Shown piece after piece: positions 18,914-29,007 of a stretch of DNA of 64,000 bases (positions are counted from its first letter, which is position 1; every line of letters starts with the position of its first letter). Source of the DNA: a candidate division WOR-3 bacterium (GTDB lineage Bacteria > Hydrothermota > Tepidihabitantia > SM23-42 > JAOAFX01); NCBI GenBank assembly GCA_039802265.1, contig JBDRWI010000001.1:10921-74920 (forward strand), written 5' to 3'. Under the pieces are notes generated by a model. That model did no database searches. It had not been told where the DNA came from and saw nothing but the letters and a program-made list of their open reading frames with translations. The position numbers were made by a program, and so were the translations under genes.

Positions 18914-19555
18914 TTATGGACTTATCATCGTCTCTACCACAAATGCCCCACGATAACCCAGACTCAATGCCCGATTCTTCAAGGTTTCTGCCTCTTCTTT
19001 GGTTAAACAATCACCAACCCGAACTTTATAATATGGAGGAACATACTCTATATATACCTTACCCCCAAAAGCGGAACGGGCATCATCGGCAACCCTGGAG
19101 GCATTCTTCTGGGTTGAAGATGCAAATATCTGAACCCGAAAACCATAGATGTTACCCGGGGGAGCACTGGGAGCTACAGTTGGAGCTGGAGGTGGGGTCG
19201 GTGCTGACGGCACAGTTGGTGCTGGTGGAATTGGTGGTGGGGCAACAGAAACCTCTTCAATAGGTGGTAGCACCGGTGCCTCTTCAACAACCGGCGGCGG
19301 AGGAATCACCGGCGCCTCTTCGGTTACCGGCGGGAGCACTGGTATCTCTTCCGCTGGTGGTGGGGTAGTGGGTGTTACCTCAGCAGGTGGTGTGGTCGGT
19401 GCTGGAAAGACCGGCTCTTCGGAAACATTCTTTTCTTCTTCGCCAAATACAATTACCTCTTCAAGCCCTTCAGTCTTTACCACGGTCTTCTTGGGTGCAC
19501 AGAATAGAAAGAAAAGTATGCACCCCATTACTATTATCTTGCTGAAATTAGACAT
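18914..19555 (-). CDS. SPOR domain lipoprotein with Pro/Glu-rich linker
   Basis: Lipobox-like FFLFC; EEAPVLPP-type repeats; GFRVQIFA...YYKVRVGD...GYRGAFVV. Confidence 0.88.
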   Translation of the reverse strand: MSNFSKIIVMGCILFFLFCAPKKTVVKTEGLEEVIVFGEEEKNVSEEPVFPAPTTPPAEVTPTTPPPAEEIPVLPPVTEEAPVIPPPPVVEEAPVLPPIEEVSVAPPPIPPAPTVPSAPTPPPAPTVAPSAPPGNIYGFRVQIFASSTQKNASRVADDARSAFGGKVYIEYVPPYYKVRVGDCLTKEEAETLKNRALSLGYRGAFVVETMISP

Positions 19556-19636
19556 AAAACCTCCTTTCCCCTGTCTCTTCTAAAATTTCTTAGAAGAAAC
19601 CTAAGGCTTTTGCATAATATGCCACAAATCTCCCCT

Positions 19637-20656
19637 TTAACCCTTTATTCTTAACAAATTCTTCAGGTCCGACGCCCGCTCCTTTTTACAGACCAGGACC
19701 CCTTTGGGGCAGGCAACAACCACCAGTTTTTTTATTCCATAAACCTTCACCGGTATATTATAAGAATACACAATTGAATCCCTGCTGTCAAGACCCAATG
19801 CATCACCGATAAAGATATTTTTAAAACAGTCGCCCTTAAAATATCGTTCCAGTGCCAACCAGGAACCCACATCATCCCAGCTAAAATCTGCCTTTATAAC
19901 GCAGAATCTCGCTGCCTTCTCCATTACTCCGTAGTCAATGGAGATCTCCCTGATTTCTTCAAAATGTCTTCTTTCGCCGGTTAGTAGATAGCTCTTTACC
20001 CTTTTAGAGACGTCAGGAATGTGATATTCCATCTCCCTGATTATATCAGTTATCTTAAATGTAAATATCCCGCTATTCCAGAGAAAGGTCTTCTTTCTTA
20101 AATATACCTTTGCCCGACGCCGGTCAGGTTTTTCGGTAAACCCCTTCCCCTCACAGGCAACTATCCCGGATTTATGTTTCTTTAATACTTCACCAATTTT
20201 TATGTAACCATACCCGGTCTCTGGTCGGGTCGGATTTATCCCGTAGGTGACGAGATAACCATTCTGAGCAAGATACTCACCGAATTTTAGATGGGTAAGG
20301 AATCTTCTTTTATCCCGAATAAGATGGTCAGCAGGCATAATGTGCATAATTCCATCGCCATATTCTTCTTTCAACTTCATTGCCACCAGACAGATCGCCG
20401 GTGCCGTATTCCTGCGCACCGGTTCAATCACAATTTGCCCTTTTCTTACGAAATTTTTTGTTATACAGCTAAGTTCTTCAGGAATTATCAAGATTGTCTC
20501 TTCTTCTTTGAAAAAATCTGCAATACGGTCAATGGTTTGCACAATCAATGGTTTTTTATTAAAGATAGAAAGAAACTGCTTGGGAAAATCGGGTTGACTC
20601 AGGGGCCAGAAGCGTTCGCCCTGACCCCCAGCGAGGATTACGGCAAAGTGTTTAAT
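19637..20656 (-). CDS. manC: Mannose-1-phosphate guanylyltransferase (apparent ATT start)
   Basis: In-frame upstream extension FAVILAGGQGERFWPLS...PKQFL; RNTAPAI, PADH, ETGYGYI, FTEKP, WNSGIF, SIDYGVME, WDDVGSW. Confidence 0.9.
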   Translation of the reverse strand: MKHFAVILAGGQGERFWPLSQPDFPKQFLSIFNKKPLIVQTIDRIADFFKEEETILIIPEELSCITKNFVRKGQIVIEPVRRNTAPAICLVAMKLKEEYGDGIMHIMPADHLIRDKRRFLTHLKFGEYLAQNGYLVTYGINPTRPETGYGYIKIGEVLKKHKSGIVACEGKGFTEKPDRRRAKVYLRKKTFLWNSGIFTFKITDIIREMEYHIPDVSKRVKSYLLTGERRHFEEIREISIDYGVMEKAARFCVIKADFSWDDVGSWLALERYFKGDCFKNIFIGDALGLDSRDSIVYSYNIPVKVYGIKKLVVVACPKGVLVCKKERASDLKNLLRIKG

Positions 20657-21356
20657 AACTTACCCCCACAATCTTAAAGATTACAGTCCCGAACTTAAGA
20701 TGTGTCTTGATCTGAAGGGGCAGCCGGTTTGAATCGGTACTATACCAGATTTCCATTGAACCACTTGAACCCAAAACTCCTTTTGCCTTTGTCCTTAGTT
20801 TCAGCTTCGTTGCCAAAAAATTGCCCAACTTCGTCTTGAGGTTTATCTTTCTGTCAATTATGCATTGCACATCATTATTATCCTCCCCCTCGTAGATTAT
20901 TACATTGGAAGTATCACCTTCAATTAAAGGAATTGTCCTTAAATAATACCAGTAACTCAAAAGGTCCCTTGCCGGATAAAGCAGTGTGTCTTTTAATGAA
21001 CCACCCTCATAGACCAATAGATTACGGTGGTCAAATTCAAGGCGGGTCAAGTTGGTGTATTTTCCCTCGTGGACACCCTTTTTATAGACGACCGGTAAAA
21101 AACTATCAATCGTTGTCCAGACCTCAATTGTATCATTGAGCGAAAATATAAATCCAAGTTCAGGATTGGAATTAAGGCGTGAAGAAAGCACATAGCATTT
21201 CTTACCAGCATAGTTTATTGTATCCAAAACCTCAAGTACCATACTGCCCAGTTCTAAGAAGCCATACTGTGCCTTGTATTCAATGCGCTCCCCCACTCTC
21301 ATACCAAAAACAATGGAAGTCAAAATGAAGACACCGCCAAGGATTCTTCGGGACAT
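20652..21356 (-). CDS. DUF3108-like exported protein
   Basis: Signal peptide; GERIEYKAQYGFLELG; RDLLS; IWYSTDSNRLPLQI. Confidence 0.75.
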   Translation of the reverse strand: MSRRILGGVFILTSIVFGMRVGERIEYKAQYGFLELGSMVLEVLDTINYAGKKCYVLSSRLNSNPELGFIFSLNDTIEVWTTIDSFLPVVYKKGVHEGKYTNLTRLEFDHRNLLVYEGGSLKDTLLYPARDLLSYWYYLRTIPLIEGDTSNVIIYEGEDNNDVQCIIDRKINLKTKLGNFLATKLKLRTKAKGVLGSSGSMEIWYSTDSNRLPLQIKTHLKFGTVIFKIVGVSY

Positions 21357-21361
21357 CGTAT

Positions 21362-22270
21362 TTATTGAACTACTAATTTATTGAGCCGCTCGATCCGTTT
21401 ATCAAGAGGTGGATGGGTCGCAAAGAGACCGGAGATATTAAACCGATCCTTGCCAAAAGGACTGGCAATGAAGAGATGGGCATTGGACTGAGATGCCCGC
21501 GCCATCGGTTGGTAGGCATCTTTAAGTTTTTTCAAAGCCTGCGCCAGGCCTTGAGGATACCGCGTAATAAAGGCACCTGAGGCATCGGCAAGATATTCGC
21601 GCTGACGGGATATTGCTGCCCTGATTAAGGCAACAAATAAAGGTGCGATAATGGCAAGGACGAGACCAACAAGCAGAAGGATCAGACCGGCTCGACCACC
21701 GCGGCGGCCGTCTCTCCTCCCCCGTCCCCAGAACATACCCCTTAAAAAGAAATCCCTCAGGAGAATAATCAGACCACCAATTGCCGCCACCACCGTCATT
21801 AAGAGGATATCATAATTTCTGATGTGCGCCATTTCATGGGCTATCACACCCTGTAGTTCTTCGCGGTTCATAATTTCAAGCAATCCGGTCGTCACCGCAA
21901 TTGATGCATTCTGCGGATTTCTTCCAGTAGCAAAGGCATTGGGTGCCGGGGTGGGGGTGATATAAACTTTGGGTTTTGGCACACCCGCCGCAATCGCTAC
22001 TTCCTCAACCACATTGTGGAGTTGTTTGAACTCTTCCGGGTCTGCCGGAACCGAGCCGGTGGCTGCAATAGCAATCTTGTCCGAATTGTAGTAGAGAACA
22101 AAATTGTATATAATGATAAAAAGTGCAAAGAAGACATAACCGGCTGTCCCCCAGTCCAATAACTCCACAACGATATATCCCAGAATCCCTAAGAATATAC
22201 TGGTGATCAGAATAAACAAAAAGGTCTTCCGCTTATTTGCCGCAATCAGGTCGTAGAGTGTCTCTTTCAT
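21362..22270 (-). CDS. htpX: M48 family zinc metalloprotease HtpX
   Basis: PNAFATG, HEMAH, SRQREYLAD, THPP. Confidence 0.93.
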   Translation of the reverse strand: MKETLYDLIAANKRKTFLFILITSIFLGILGYIVVELLDWGTAGYVFFALFIIIYNFVLYYNSDKIAIAATGSVPADPEEFKQLHNVVEEVAIAAGVPKPKVYITPTPAPNAFATGRNPQNASIAVTTGLLEIMNREELQGVIAHEMAHIRNYDILLMTVVAAIGGLIILLRDFFLRGMFWGRGRRDGRRGGRAGLILLLVGLVLAIIAPLFVALIRAAISRQREYLADASGAFITRYPQGLAQALKKLKDAYQPMARASQSNAHLFIASPFGKDRFNISGLFATHPPLDKRIERLNKLVVQ

Positions 22271-22282
22271 TTTGTGAAGATA

Positions 22283-22831
22283 TTAGAACTTTACCCGAAC
22301 CGCCTCTCGCTCTTCAGCGGGTGCCTCAAAGAATTCCCTTGGTTTAAAATTGAACATTGAGGCAATTATCGTCTGCGGGAATTTCTGAATTGTTGCATTA
22401 TAGTCCATAACTACATCGTTATAGAACTGACGGGCAAATGCAATCTTATTCTCGGTTGCCGAAAGTTCCTCCTGTAATCGCATAAAGTTTTCATTCGCCT
22501 TTAACTGCGGATAGTTTTCTGCCACGGCAAATAGTGTCTTTAGTGTGGCAGTCAACATATTATTTGCCTCGGCTGCCTCTTTGGGGCTGGCCGCTCCCAT
22601 TGCCCGGGAACGTAGTTCAGCCACCTTCTCTAAAACTTCTCTTTCGTGTGCTGCATAACCCTTTACCGTTTCAACCAGATTAGGAATCAGGTCATAACGG
22701 CGTTTCAACTGAACATCAATCTGTGCCCAGCCATTATCTACTCTGGTTCTCTTCACAACCAAACCATTGTAGATTGCAATAATCCAGAAAACCAAGAGAA
22801 TAATTATTATAAGTAAAATAATGCCGCCCAT
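22283..22831 (-). CDS. lemA: LemA family protein
   Basis: [39 protein letters not shown]. Confidence 0.96.
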   Translation of the reverse strand: MGGIILLIIIILLVFWIIAIYNGLVVKRTRVDNGWAQIDVQLKRRYDLIPNLVETVKGYAAHEREVLEKVAELRSRAMGAASPKEAAEANNMLTATLKTLFAVAENYPQLKANENFMRLQEELSATENKIAFARQFYNDVVMDYNATIQKFPQTIIASMFNFKPREFFEAPAEEREAVRVKF

Positions 22832-22889
22832 TTGTCCTCCAATTTTTCCTATTTTATACGAAAAAGAGAGAATGTCAATATCAATTACT

Positions 22890-24254
22890 CTATCTTATCG
22901 GCAGAAGTTTACCGGTCCTTCTTCCTGCCCAGGCACCCGCATAATTCAGATTTGAATAAAAGGCTATGGAACTCGCTATCGGATCCCGTGTGCGTAGATA
23001 AGTTACTATTGCCTTATGTAATATCTCATCCCAGGAGTAAACCTGACGATGGATATCTTGCATAATAGAAGTCAAATCCTTACTACTTATCTTCCTTGGT
23101 TTATAGGTCAGCTCTGCCACATCAAAATGGTCCCAGTCTCTGGGGTAATCAGTGTAAAGTAAACGGCCTTCTTTATAAAGACGTTCAAACAGACGCGTTC
23201 CGGGCAGAGGTGTAAGATAGGTTATCTGCATTACATCTATATCACTTTCAAGCAGATAACGGGCACGCCGGTAAATTATATCCTCTGTATCGCTATCAAA
23301 ACCAAATATGAAACTACCGACAATGGCAATCCCTGCACGGTGAATACGGTCAAATGCCTTTTTATAAAAATCTATCCCCCTTTTTAGATTCAATCTCTTA
23401 TTTGCCTCAATGAGTGCCTCTGTTTCCCTGGCTTCCAAACCCATAATCACCATCTTACACCCGGATCTTGAAGCCCAATAAAGAACCTCTTCATCATCGG
23501 CAAAATTCAAAGATGCCTGACAGATCCACCACTTATTCAATTTACGATTTACCATTTCTTTAAAGATTGCGATTGCCTCATCTCGGGAATCCGAACCGTA
23601 TCCAATGATATTGTCATCAATAAAAAAAATAAATCTCTTTTTTATGTTTATAAGCTCGTCGATAACTTTATCCAAGGGACGACGGCGATATTTTTTACCA
23701 TAGTAAGCAGGAACGGAACAGAAGTCACAATCCATCGGACATCCCCTTGAAGTCTGTACTGAACCGAAGAGATAATCTTTATGAAAGAGGTCATGTCGGG
23801 GATGAGGAATATCCCTTCCATCAATCAACTCACCATGATAAATCCCTTTAACCCCACCGCCTTTAAAATCGTAAATGATTTTATTCCAAATTGATTCAAC
23901 CTCGCCTATTACCACTGCATCAACATATCTCAATGCCTCTTCAGGACAGATTGTAGCATGCATACCACCCATCACTACCGGCACGCTCCGTTGCCGATAG
24001 ATTGCGGAAATTTCATAGGCGCGATTGGCTGAGGCGGTATAGGCAGTAATTCCAACCAAATCTGCATCTTCAAAGAAAAAAGGATTGAAATTTTCATCAA
24101 TCAATTTTATCTCCCAATCGTCAGGAGTTAATGCCGCAATTATACCCAGTGCCAGCGGCGGAAATCGTGAGGTAAGATTGGCAGTAAAACCACGCCGCTT
24201 AGGATTTACCGGATTAATCAAAACCAATCTGTGTCTTTTGGGGAGCATCTTCAA
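22890..24254 (-). CDS. B12-binding domain radical SAM protein
   Basis: [23 protein letters not shown] (CxxxCxxC), FFIDDN, TPLPGT. Confidence 0.93.
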   Translation of the reverse strand: MKMLPKRHRLVLINPVNPKRRGFTANLTSRFPPLALGIIAALTPDDWEIKLIDENFNPFFFEDADLVGITAYTASANRAYEISAIYRQRSVPVVMGGMHATICPEEALRYVDAVVIGEVESIWNKIIYDFKGGGVKGIYHGELIDGRDIPHPRHDLFHKDYLFGSVQTSRGCPMDCDFCSVPAYYGKKYRRRPLDKVIDELINIKKRFIFFIDDNIIGYGSDSRDEAIAIFKEMVNRKLNKWWICQASLNFADDEEVLYWASRSGCKMVIMGLEARETEALIEANKRLNLKRGIDFYKKAFDRIHRAGIAIVGSFIFGFDSDTEDIIYRRARYLLESDIDVMQITYLTPLPGTRLFERLYKEGRLLYTDYPRDWDHFDVAELTYKPRKISSKDLTSIMQDIHRQVYSWDEILHKAIVTYLRTRDPIASSIAFYSNLNYAGAWAGRRTGKLLPIR

Positions 24255-24332
24255 AACCCGTCAATTATAATATTAATCTTATTAATGTCAATAAGCCTTG
24301 ATTCCTTTTAAAAATAGAGTATAATCTACCGA

Positions 24333-25250
24333 ATGAAAGAAAAGAACCAAAATGCATACCAAAAAATCAGCTCCCGCCGGATTATGTTCGTAATTATCTT
24401 AAACTTTCTCATTACGGCAACTGAGATTGCAGGTGGTTTAATTGCCCACAGTTTATCTTTACTATCGGATGCCCTCCATAACCTCACTGATGGATTTGCA
24501 ATTTTAACGAGTTTTTTTGCCCTGCGTCTTGGTCAGCGTAGAAGTACAACCCAAATGACCTTCGGTTTTAAACGGGCAGAAATCCTTGCTGCCCTGTTCA
24601 ATTCTTCAATTTTGATTATCATAATCTTCTTTCTTTTGAAAGAAGCAGCATCACGCCTATTTTCACCCCATATTATCAATAGCAATCTGATGCTTACTGT
24701 CGCAATAGTTGGTCTGCTCGCCAATCTGGTGGGAGTCACCCTGTTAAAGAAGGACGCCGACCATAACCTGAATATCAAATCTGCCTATCTCCACCTTTTT
24801 GCTGATTCATTATCTTCCATCGGGATTGTTATTGGAGGCCTTCTCATTAAATTCTTTAATATCTATATCATTGACCCGATTTTGACAGTGGTTATAAGTA
24901 TTTATATACTCCGCGAGAGTTATTTTATTTTCCGTAATACTATAAATATCCTTATGCAATCAACACCTGATGGAATTGATATAAGAGAAATAAAGAGCGC
25001 GATTGAAAGTATTCCTGAGGTTCACAATCTCCACCATGTCCATGTCTGGCAGATGACGGATAGAGATATACACTTTGAGGGTCATATTGATATCTGCAAT
25101 GATCTACGTACCAGCGAAGTCGCCGATATTATAAAAAAAATTGAAGAAATCCTTCTCAGTAAGTTTAATATCACCCATACAACAATCCAGGTAGAATTCG
25201 GTACCTGTTCTGATAAAGAGGTCATAAGGAAATGTGATTTAAAAGTATAA
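24333..25250 (+). CDS. Cation diffusion facilitator (CzcD/ZitB-like Zn/Co/Cd exporter)
   Basis: SLLSDALHNLTD, TFGFKRAE, AYLHLFAD, HHVHVW, HTTIQVE. Confidence 0.93.
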   Translation: MKEKNQNAYQKISSRRIMFVIILNFLITATEIAGGLIAHSLSLLSDALHNLTDGFAILTSFFALRLGQRRSTTQMTFGFKRAEILAALFNSSILIIIIFFLLKEAASRLFSPHIINSNLMLTVAIVGLLANLVGVTLLKKDADHNLNIKSAYLHLFADSLSSIGIVIGGLLIKFFNIYIIDPILTVVISIYILRESYFIFRNTINILMQSTPDGIDIREIKSAIESIPEVHNLHHVHVWQMTDRDIHFEGHIDICNDLRTSEVADIIKKIEEILLSKFNITHTTIQVEFGTCSDKEVIRKCDLKV

Positions 25251-25412
25251 GAATCCATCCTTGACTTTAGCAAATTTTGGAGTATAGTTAAAGGTGATGG
25301 GTTTTGAAAAACACATTAGGATTCTTCACCCTGAGATCGATAACAAACATTAATATTGGGGTGAGGAAATTTGGTCTTGGGAATATTTCCTGAGGAATCC
25401 TTTGGAGGTAAT

Positions 25413-26267
25413 ATGAATTATAAAAATATCAACATAGAAATTGATGGTAAGATTGCGGTCTTGAAGGTTGTTAGACCCGCAGTCTTGAATGCCGTGGATA
25501 TAGAAACAATACTGGAGATTGAAACGGCAATGCAGGAAATGAACAGGAATAGAGACATTCGGGTAATCATCATAACCGGTGAGGGAAAATCGTTTGTCTC
25601 GGGCTCGGATATTTCACGCCTGGCACAGATGGATTCACTGATGGCAAGGGAATACAGTCAAATCGGACAGCGGGTTTTGAATTTTATTGAAAACATGGAA
25701 AAACCGGTAATTGCGGCAATAAATGGATTTGCCCTCGGTTCAGGTTGTGAAATTGCAATGGCTTGTGATATTAGAATTGCCTCGGAAAGAGCAAAATTGG
25801 GTCAACCCGAGGTAAAATTGGGGCTTATCCCCGGACATGCCGGAACCCAGCGACTGGCAAGGCTTGTAGGAATTGGTAGGGCAAAAGAATTAATCTTTAC
25901 CGGCGAGATGATCGATGCCCAGGAGGCTTACCGAATTGGGTTGGTAAATAAAGTCGTTCCTGCGGTATCATATGAGGAATTTGTTAAAGATGGTATTGAT
26001 GAGAAAGAGGCCAAAAAAAGGGCTGATGCTGAATCAAACGCCCGACTTTTGGCTGAAGCAAAAAACCTGGCAAGAAAGATTATTGAAAATGCTGGCCTAA
26101 ATGCAGTAAAGATTGCAAAAACCGTAATCAATCGTGGAATTGATGCCAATCTCCAGACCGCAAACTCCTATGAAACAGAGGCATTCAGCATTCTCTTTTC
26201 CACTGAAGAGGCAAAGGAAGGTATGCGGGCATTTTTGGAAAAGAGAAAACCCAGATGGGAAGAATGA
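25413..26267 (+). CDS. Enoyl-CoA hydratase (crotonase)
   Basis: FVSGSDI, AINGFALGSGCEIAMACD, GQPEVKLG; GGAGG SD before ATG 25413. Confidence 0.93.
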   Translation: MNYKNINIEIDGKIAVLKVVRPAVLNAVDIETILEIETAMQEMNRNRDIRVIIITGEGKSFVSGSDISRLAQMDSLMAREYSQIGQRVLNFIENMEKPVIAAINGFALGSGCEIAMACDIRIASERAKLGQPEVKLGLIPGHAGTQRLARLVGIGRAKELIFTGEMIDAQEAYRIGLVNKVVPAVSYEEFVKDGIDEKEAKKRADAESNARLLAEAKNLARKIIENAGLNAVKIAKTVINRGIDANLQTANSYETEAFSILFSTEEAKEGMRAFLEKRKPRWEE

Positions 26268-26280
26268 TTAGGAGGTTTTA

Positions 26281-27615
26281 ATGAATCTGGATGAACGACT
26301 TCGGAATGTATCGGTAATCGGTGCTGCAGGAAAGATGGGAAGTGGAATTGCAGCATTGATTGCCCAGGAAATGTTGAGATTGAAATTTGAAAATCCCGAT
26401 AAGATATACCGGTTAAATCTAATTGATGTAAGTGAAAAAGGTCTTGATGGGCTGCGCGATTATTTAAAATCACAATTCATAAGAACTGCAGAAAAGACGA
26501 TTGTCTCGCTCCGTGATAAATATAAAAACCGACCGGACCTTGTGGAGAATGCAGAAATTGTTGATGCCTATGTGAACGATGGGATGAAACTTTTGAACTT
26601 CGGCACCGAACTAACGCTGGCAAAAAATAGTCATTTAATATTTGAAGCAATAATTGAGGACGAAAAAATCAAGATAAAAACTTATAAATCATTAAAGAAA
26701 TTGGTTTCAAAGGATACCTTATTTTTGACCAATACTTCAAGCATACCGATAGGTTATCTTGATGAAAAATCAGGTCTTGATGGAAGATTGATCGGTTATC
26801 ATTTTTATAATCCGCCGGTCGTCCAGAAACTCGTGGAAGTGATATCATCAAAATACACAAAAAATGAATTAAAAGACATTGCCAGTGAACTTGGTAAGCG
26901 TCTTCGTAAAACACTCGTTCCGGCAAATGATATTTCTGGTTTTATCGGCAATGGACATTTTATGCGTGATGGTCTATTTGCCCTTGATGAAGTCTTAAGA
27001 TTGAAAGGGAAATATAAGTTAACTGGTGCAATTTATATAATGAATCGGGTGAGTCAGGATTTCCTTTTGAGACCTATGGGCATATTCCAATTGATAGACT
27101 ATGTGGGGATTGATGTATTCCAGTGTATTCTTAAAGTTATGCGCACCCATCTCGGTGCTGATGAATTGAAACACAAGTTGATCGATAAGATGATGAAGAA
27201 GGGCATAAAGGGTGGGCAGTATCCTGATGGTTCGCAGAAAGATGGATTTTTAAAATACGACAAAAATCGTCCGGTGGGCATTTATGATTTGAAAAAGGGT
27301 GAGTATTTTGTTATCACCGATGACTGGAAAAAGAAGGTTGATAAGCAACTGGGACCTTTGCCCGAAGGTTTTGCTCCCTGGAAGGCATTGCTCGGAGATA
27401 AAAATAAAGAAGAAAAATTAAAGGCTCATTTTTCTGCACTGAAAACTATGAATACACTTGGTGCCGAACTTGCCTTAAGTTACCTAAAGAGAACAAAGGA
27501 GATTGCCGAGAATCTTGTAAAACAGGGTGTTGCAAATTCAGCTGATGATGTCAATGCAGTTTTAACCAATGGATTTTACTGGTTATACGGACCGATAAAT
27601 GAATATGCTAAATAA
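26281..27615 (+). CDS. 3-hydroxyacyl-CoA dehydrogenase family protein
   Basis: GAAGKMGSGIA, EAIIED, TNTSS, GYHFYNP, GFIGN, PMGIFQLID. Confidence 0.9.
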   Translation: MNLDERLRNVSVIGAAGKMGSGIAALIAQEMLRLKFENPDKIYRLNLIDVSEKGLDGLRDYLKSQFIRTAEKTIVSLRDKYKNRPDLVENAEIVDAYVNDGMKLLNFGTELTLAKNSHLIFEAIIEDEKIKIKTYKSLKKLVSKDTLFLTNTSSIPIGYLDEKSGLDGRLIGYHFYNPPVVQKLVEVISSKYTKNELKDIASELGKRLRKTLVPANDISGFIGNGHFMRDGLFALDEVLRLKGKYKLTGAIYIMNRVSQDFLLRPMGIFQLIDYVGIDVFQCILKVMRTHLGADELKHKLIDKMMKKGIKGGQYPDGSQKDGFLKYDKNRPVGIYDLKKGEYFVITDDWKKKVDKQLGPLPEGFAPWKALLGDKNKEEKLKAHFSALKTMNTLGAELALSYLKRTKEIAENLVKQGVANSADDVNAVLTNGFYWLYGPINEYAK

Positions 27616-27696
27616 AACACCTAAAAGTCAAAAATGCCTAAATACCTAAATTTTAATTATTTAAGTACTTAGTTTGCTATCTATACGGGAGGTTTT

Positions 27697-28944
27697 ATGC
27701 CTTTTTTAAGAAAAAAAATCTATGCCTGTGCCGGCTATAATACAATTGCCCTAGGCTCAGGTAGAAAAGAATTCCATCCCAAAAAACCAAGACCAGGAAT
27801 TGAACACTATATCAAAGAAGCAGGACTTGGTGCAATAGAACAGATAAAAAATCCTGAACATATTGATGAAGGTGTGATTGGAAATTTTGTTGCGGATAGA
27901 TTTTGCCGTCAGGGTAACCTCGGTGGTTTCTTTCCCTATGTCCATCCAACATTCCAATATAAACCCTGCATTCATGTTGAGGGTGCCTGTGATTCAGGTG
28001 GGCTGGCATTGGTTACTTCAGTTAAAAATATCCTTTCTGACCTCGCTGATGTTGTTTTATGTATCGGTGTTGAAGTCCAGAATACCGTGAAGGCACTGTA
28101 TTGTGCTGATTATCTTGCGGCGGCCGGCTGGTATGCTGGCGAGAGAAAAAATGGTCATGCCTATTTCTTTCCCGACAAATTTTCTGAACGCGCTGGTGCC
28201 TATATGAAGAAGTTTGGTGAACAGAAGACAAGAGAGGCAATGGCACAGTGGTATGTGAATGCGATTGAGAATGCAAGGAAAAATCCCAAGGCACAGGAGT
28301 ATCACAATACAAACCCGGATTTGTTTAATACAGCAATGACAAAGCCAGACCCAAAGTCTTTTTGCGAATTTTTAAATTTCTATGACTGCTCAAAGGTATC
28401 GGATGGGGCAAGTGCCTTGATATTTGCCTCCGAAGAGGGATTAAAAAAGATCGGTGTTGATAAAAAGGATGCGGTGGAAGTTATTGCCTTTGCCCAGGTC
28501 CAGGATAATATCACCACCCCGCCACCGGATTTGACAAAACTGACGACCTGTGAAATAGCGGCGAAAAGGGCCTATGAAAGGGCAGGAATCAAACCGAATG
28601 ATTTGAGTGTCCTTGAGGTCCACGATTGTTTTACCATTGCCGGTATAATGGCTATTGAGGCAGCCGGGTTTGCCAACTATGGTGAAGGTGCAGATTTTGT
28701 GAAAGCAGGTAAGACAAAACCAGGTGGAATTATTCCGACAAATACTACGGGTGGTTTGATCGGCTATGGTCACCCAACCGGTGCCACTGGTGTCAGGCAG
28801 GCAGTTGATGTGGTCCATCAACTACTTGGTAAGGCGGGTGATTGTCAGGTGAAGATTGATTCCAGTAGACCCTATGGTATGCTTTCCAGTATGGGCGGCA
28901 ATGACAAGACCGTAGTTACAATGGTCTTTCGGAAAATAGAATAA
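27697..28944 (+). CDS. Thiolase (SCP2-type acetyl-CoA C-acyltransferase)
   Basis: EGACDSGG, SDGASA, EVHDCF, GHPTGATG. Confidence 0.9.
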   Translation: MPFLRKKIYACAGYNTIALGSGRKEFHPKKPRPGIEHYIKEAGLGAIEQIKNPEHIDEGVIGNFVADRFCRQGNLGGFFPYVHPTFQYKPCIHVEGACDSGGLALVTSVKNILSDLADVVLCIGVEVQNTVKALYCADYLAAAGWYAGERKNGHAYFFPDKFSERAGAYMKKFGEQKTREAMAQWYVNAIENARKNPKAQEYHNTNPDLFNTAMTKPDPKSFCEFLNFYDCSKVSDGASALIFASEEGLKKIGVDKKDAVEVIAFAQVQDNITTPPPDLTKLTTCEIAAKRAYERAGIKPNDLSVLEVHDCFTIAGIMAIEAAGFANYGEGADFVKAGKTKPGGIIPTNTTGGLIGYGHPTGATGVRQAVDVVHQLLGKAGDCQVKIDSSRPYGMLSSMGGNDKTVVTMVFRKIE

Positions 28945-29007
28945 ACTACAAATGTCATTGGTAGTTTTCTTATTTAACCAATTACCATTTAACCATCTAA
29001 CCAGACT

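Noticed and set aside
18906..19010. ORF-track N-terminal extension of rdgB
   Set aside because: Overlaps the SPOR gene in another frame with no family similarity.
19149..19583. Gly-rich plus-strand ORF
   Set aside because: Antisense shadow of the Pro-rich linker of the SPOR lipoprotein.
25290..25320. Fluoride riboswitch (GGTGATGG start)
   Set aside because: The rest of the consensus and the pseudoknot pairing are missing, and the downstream genes do not fit.
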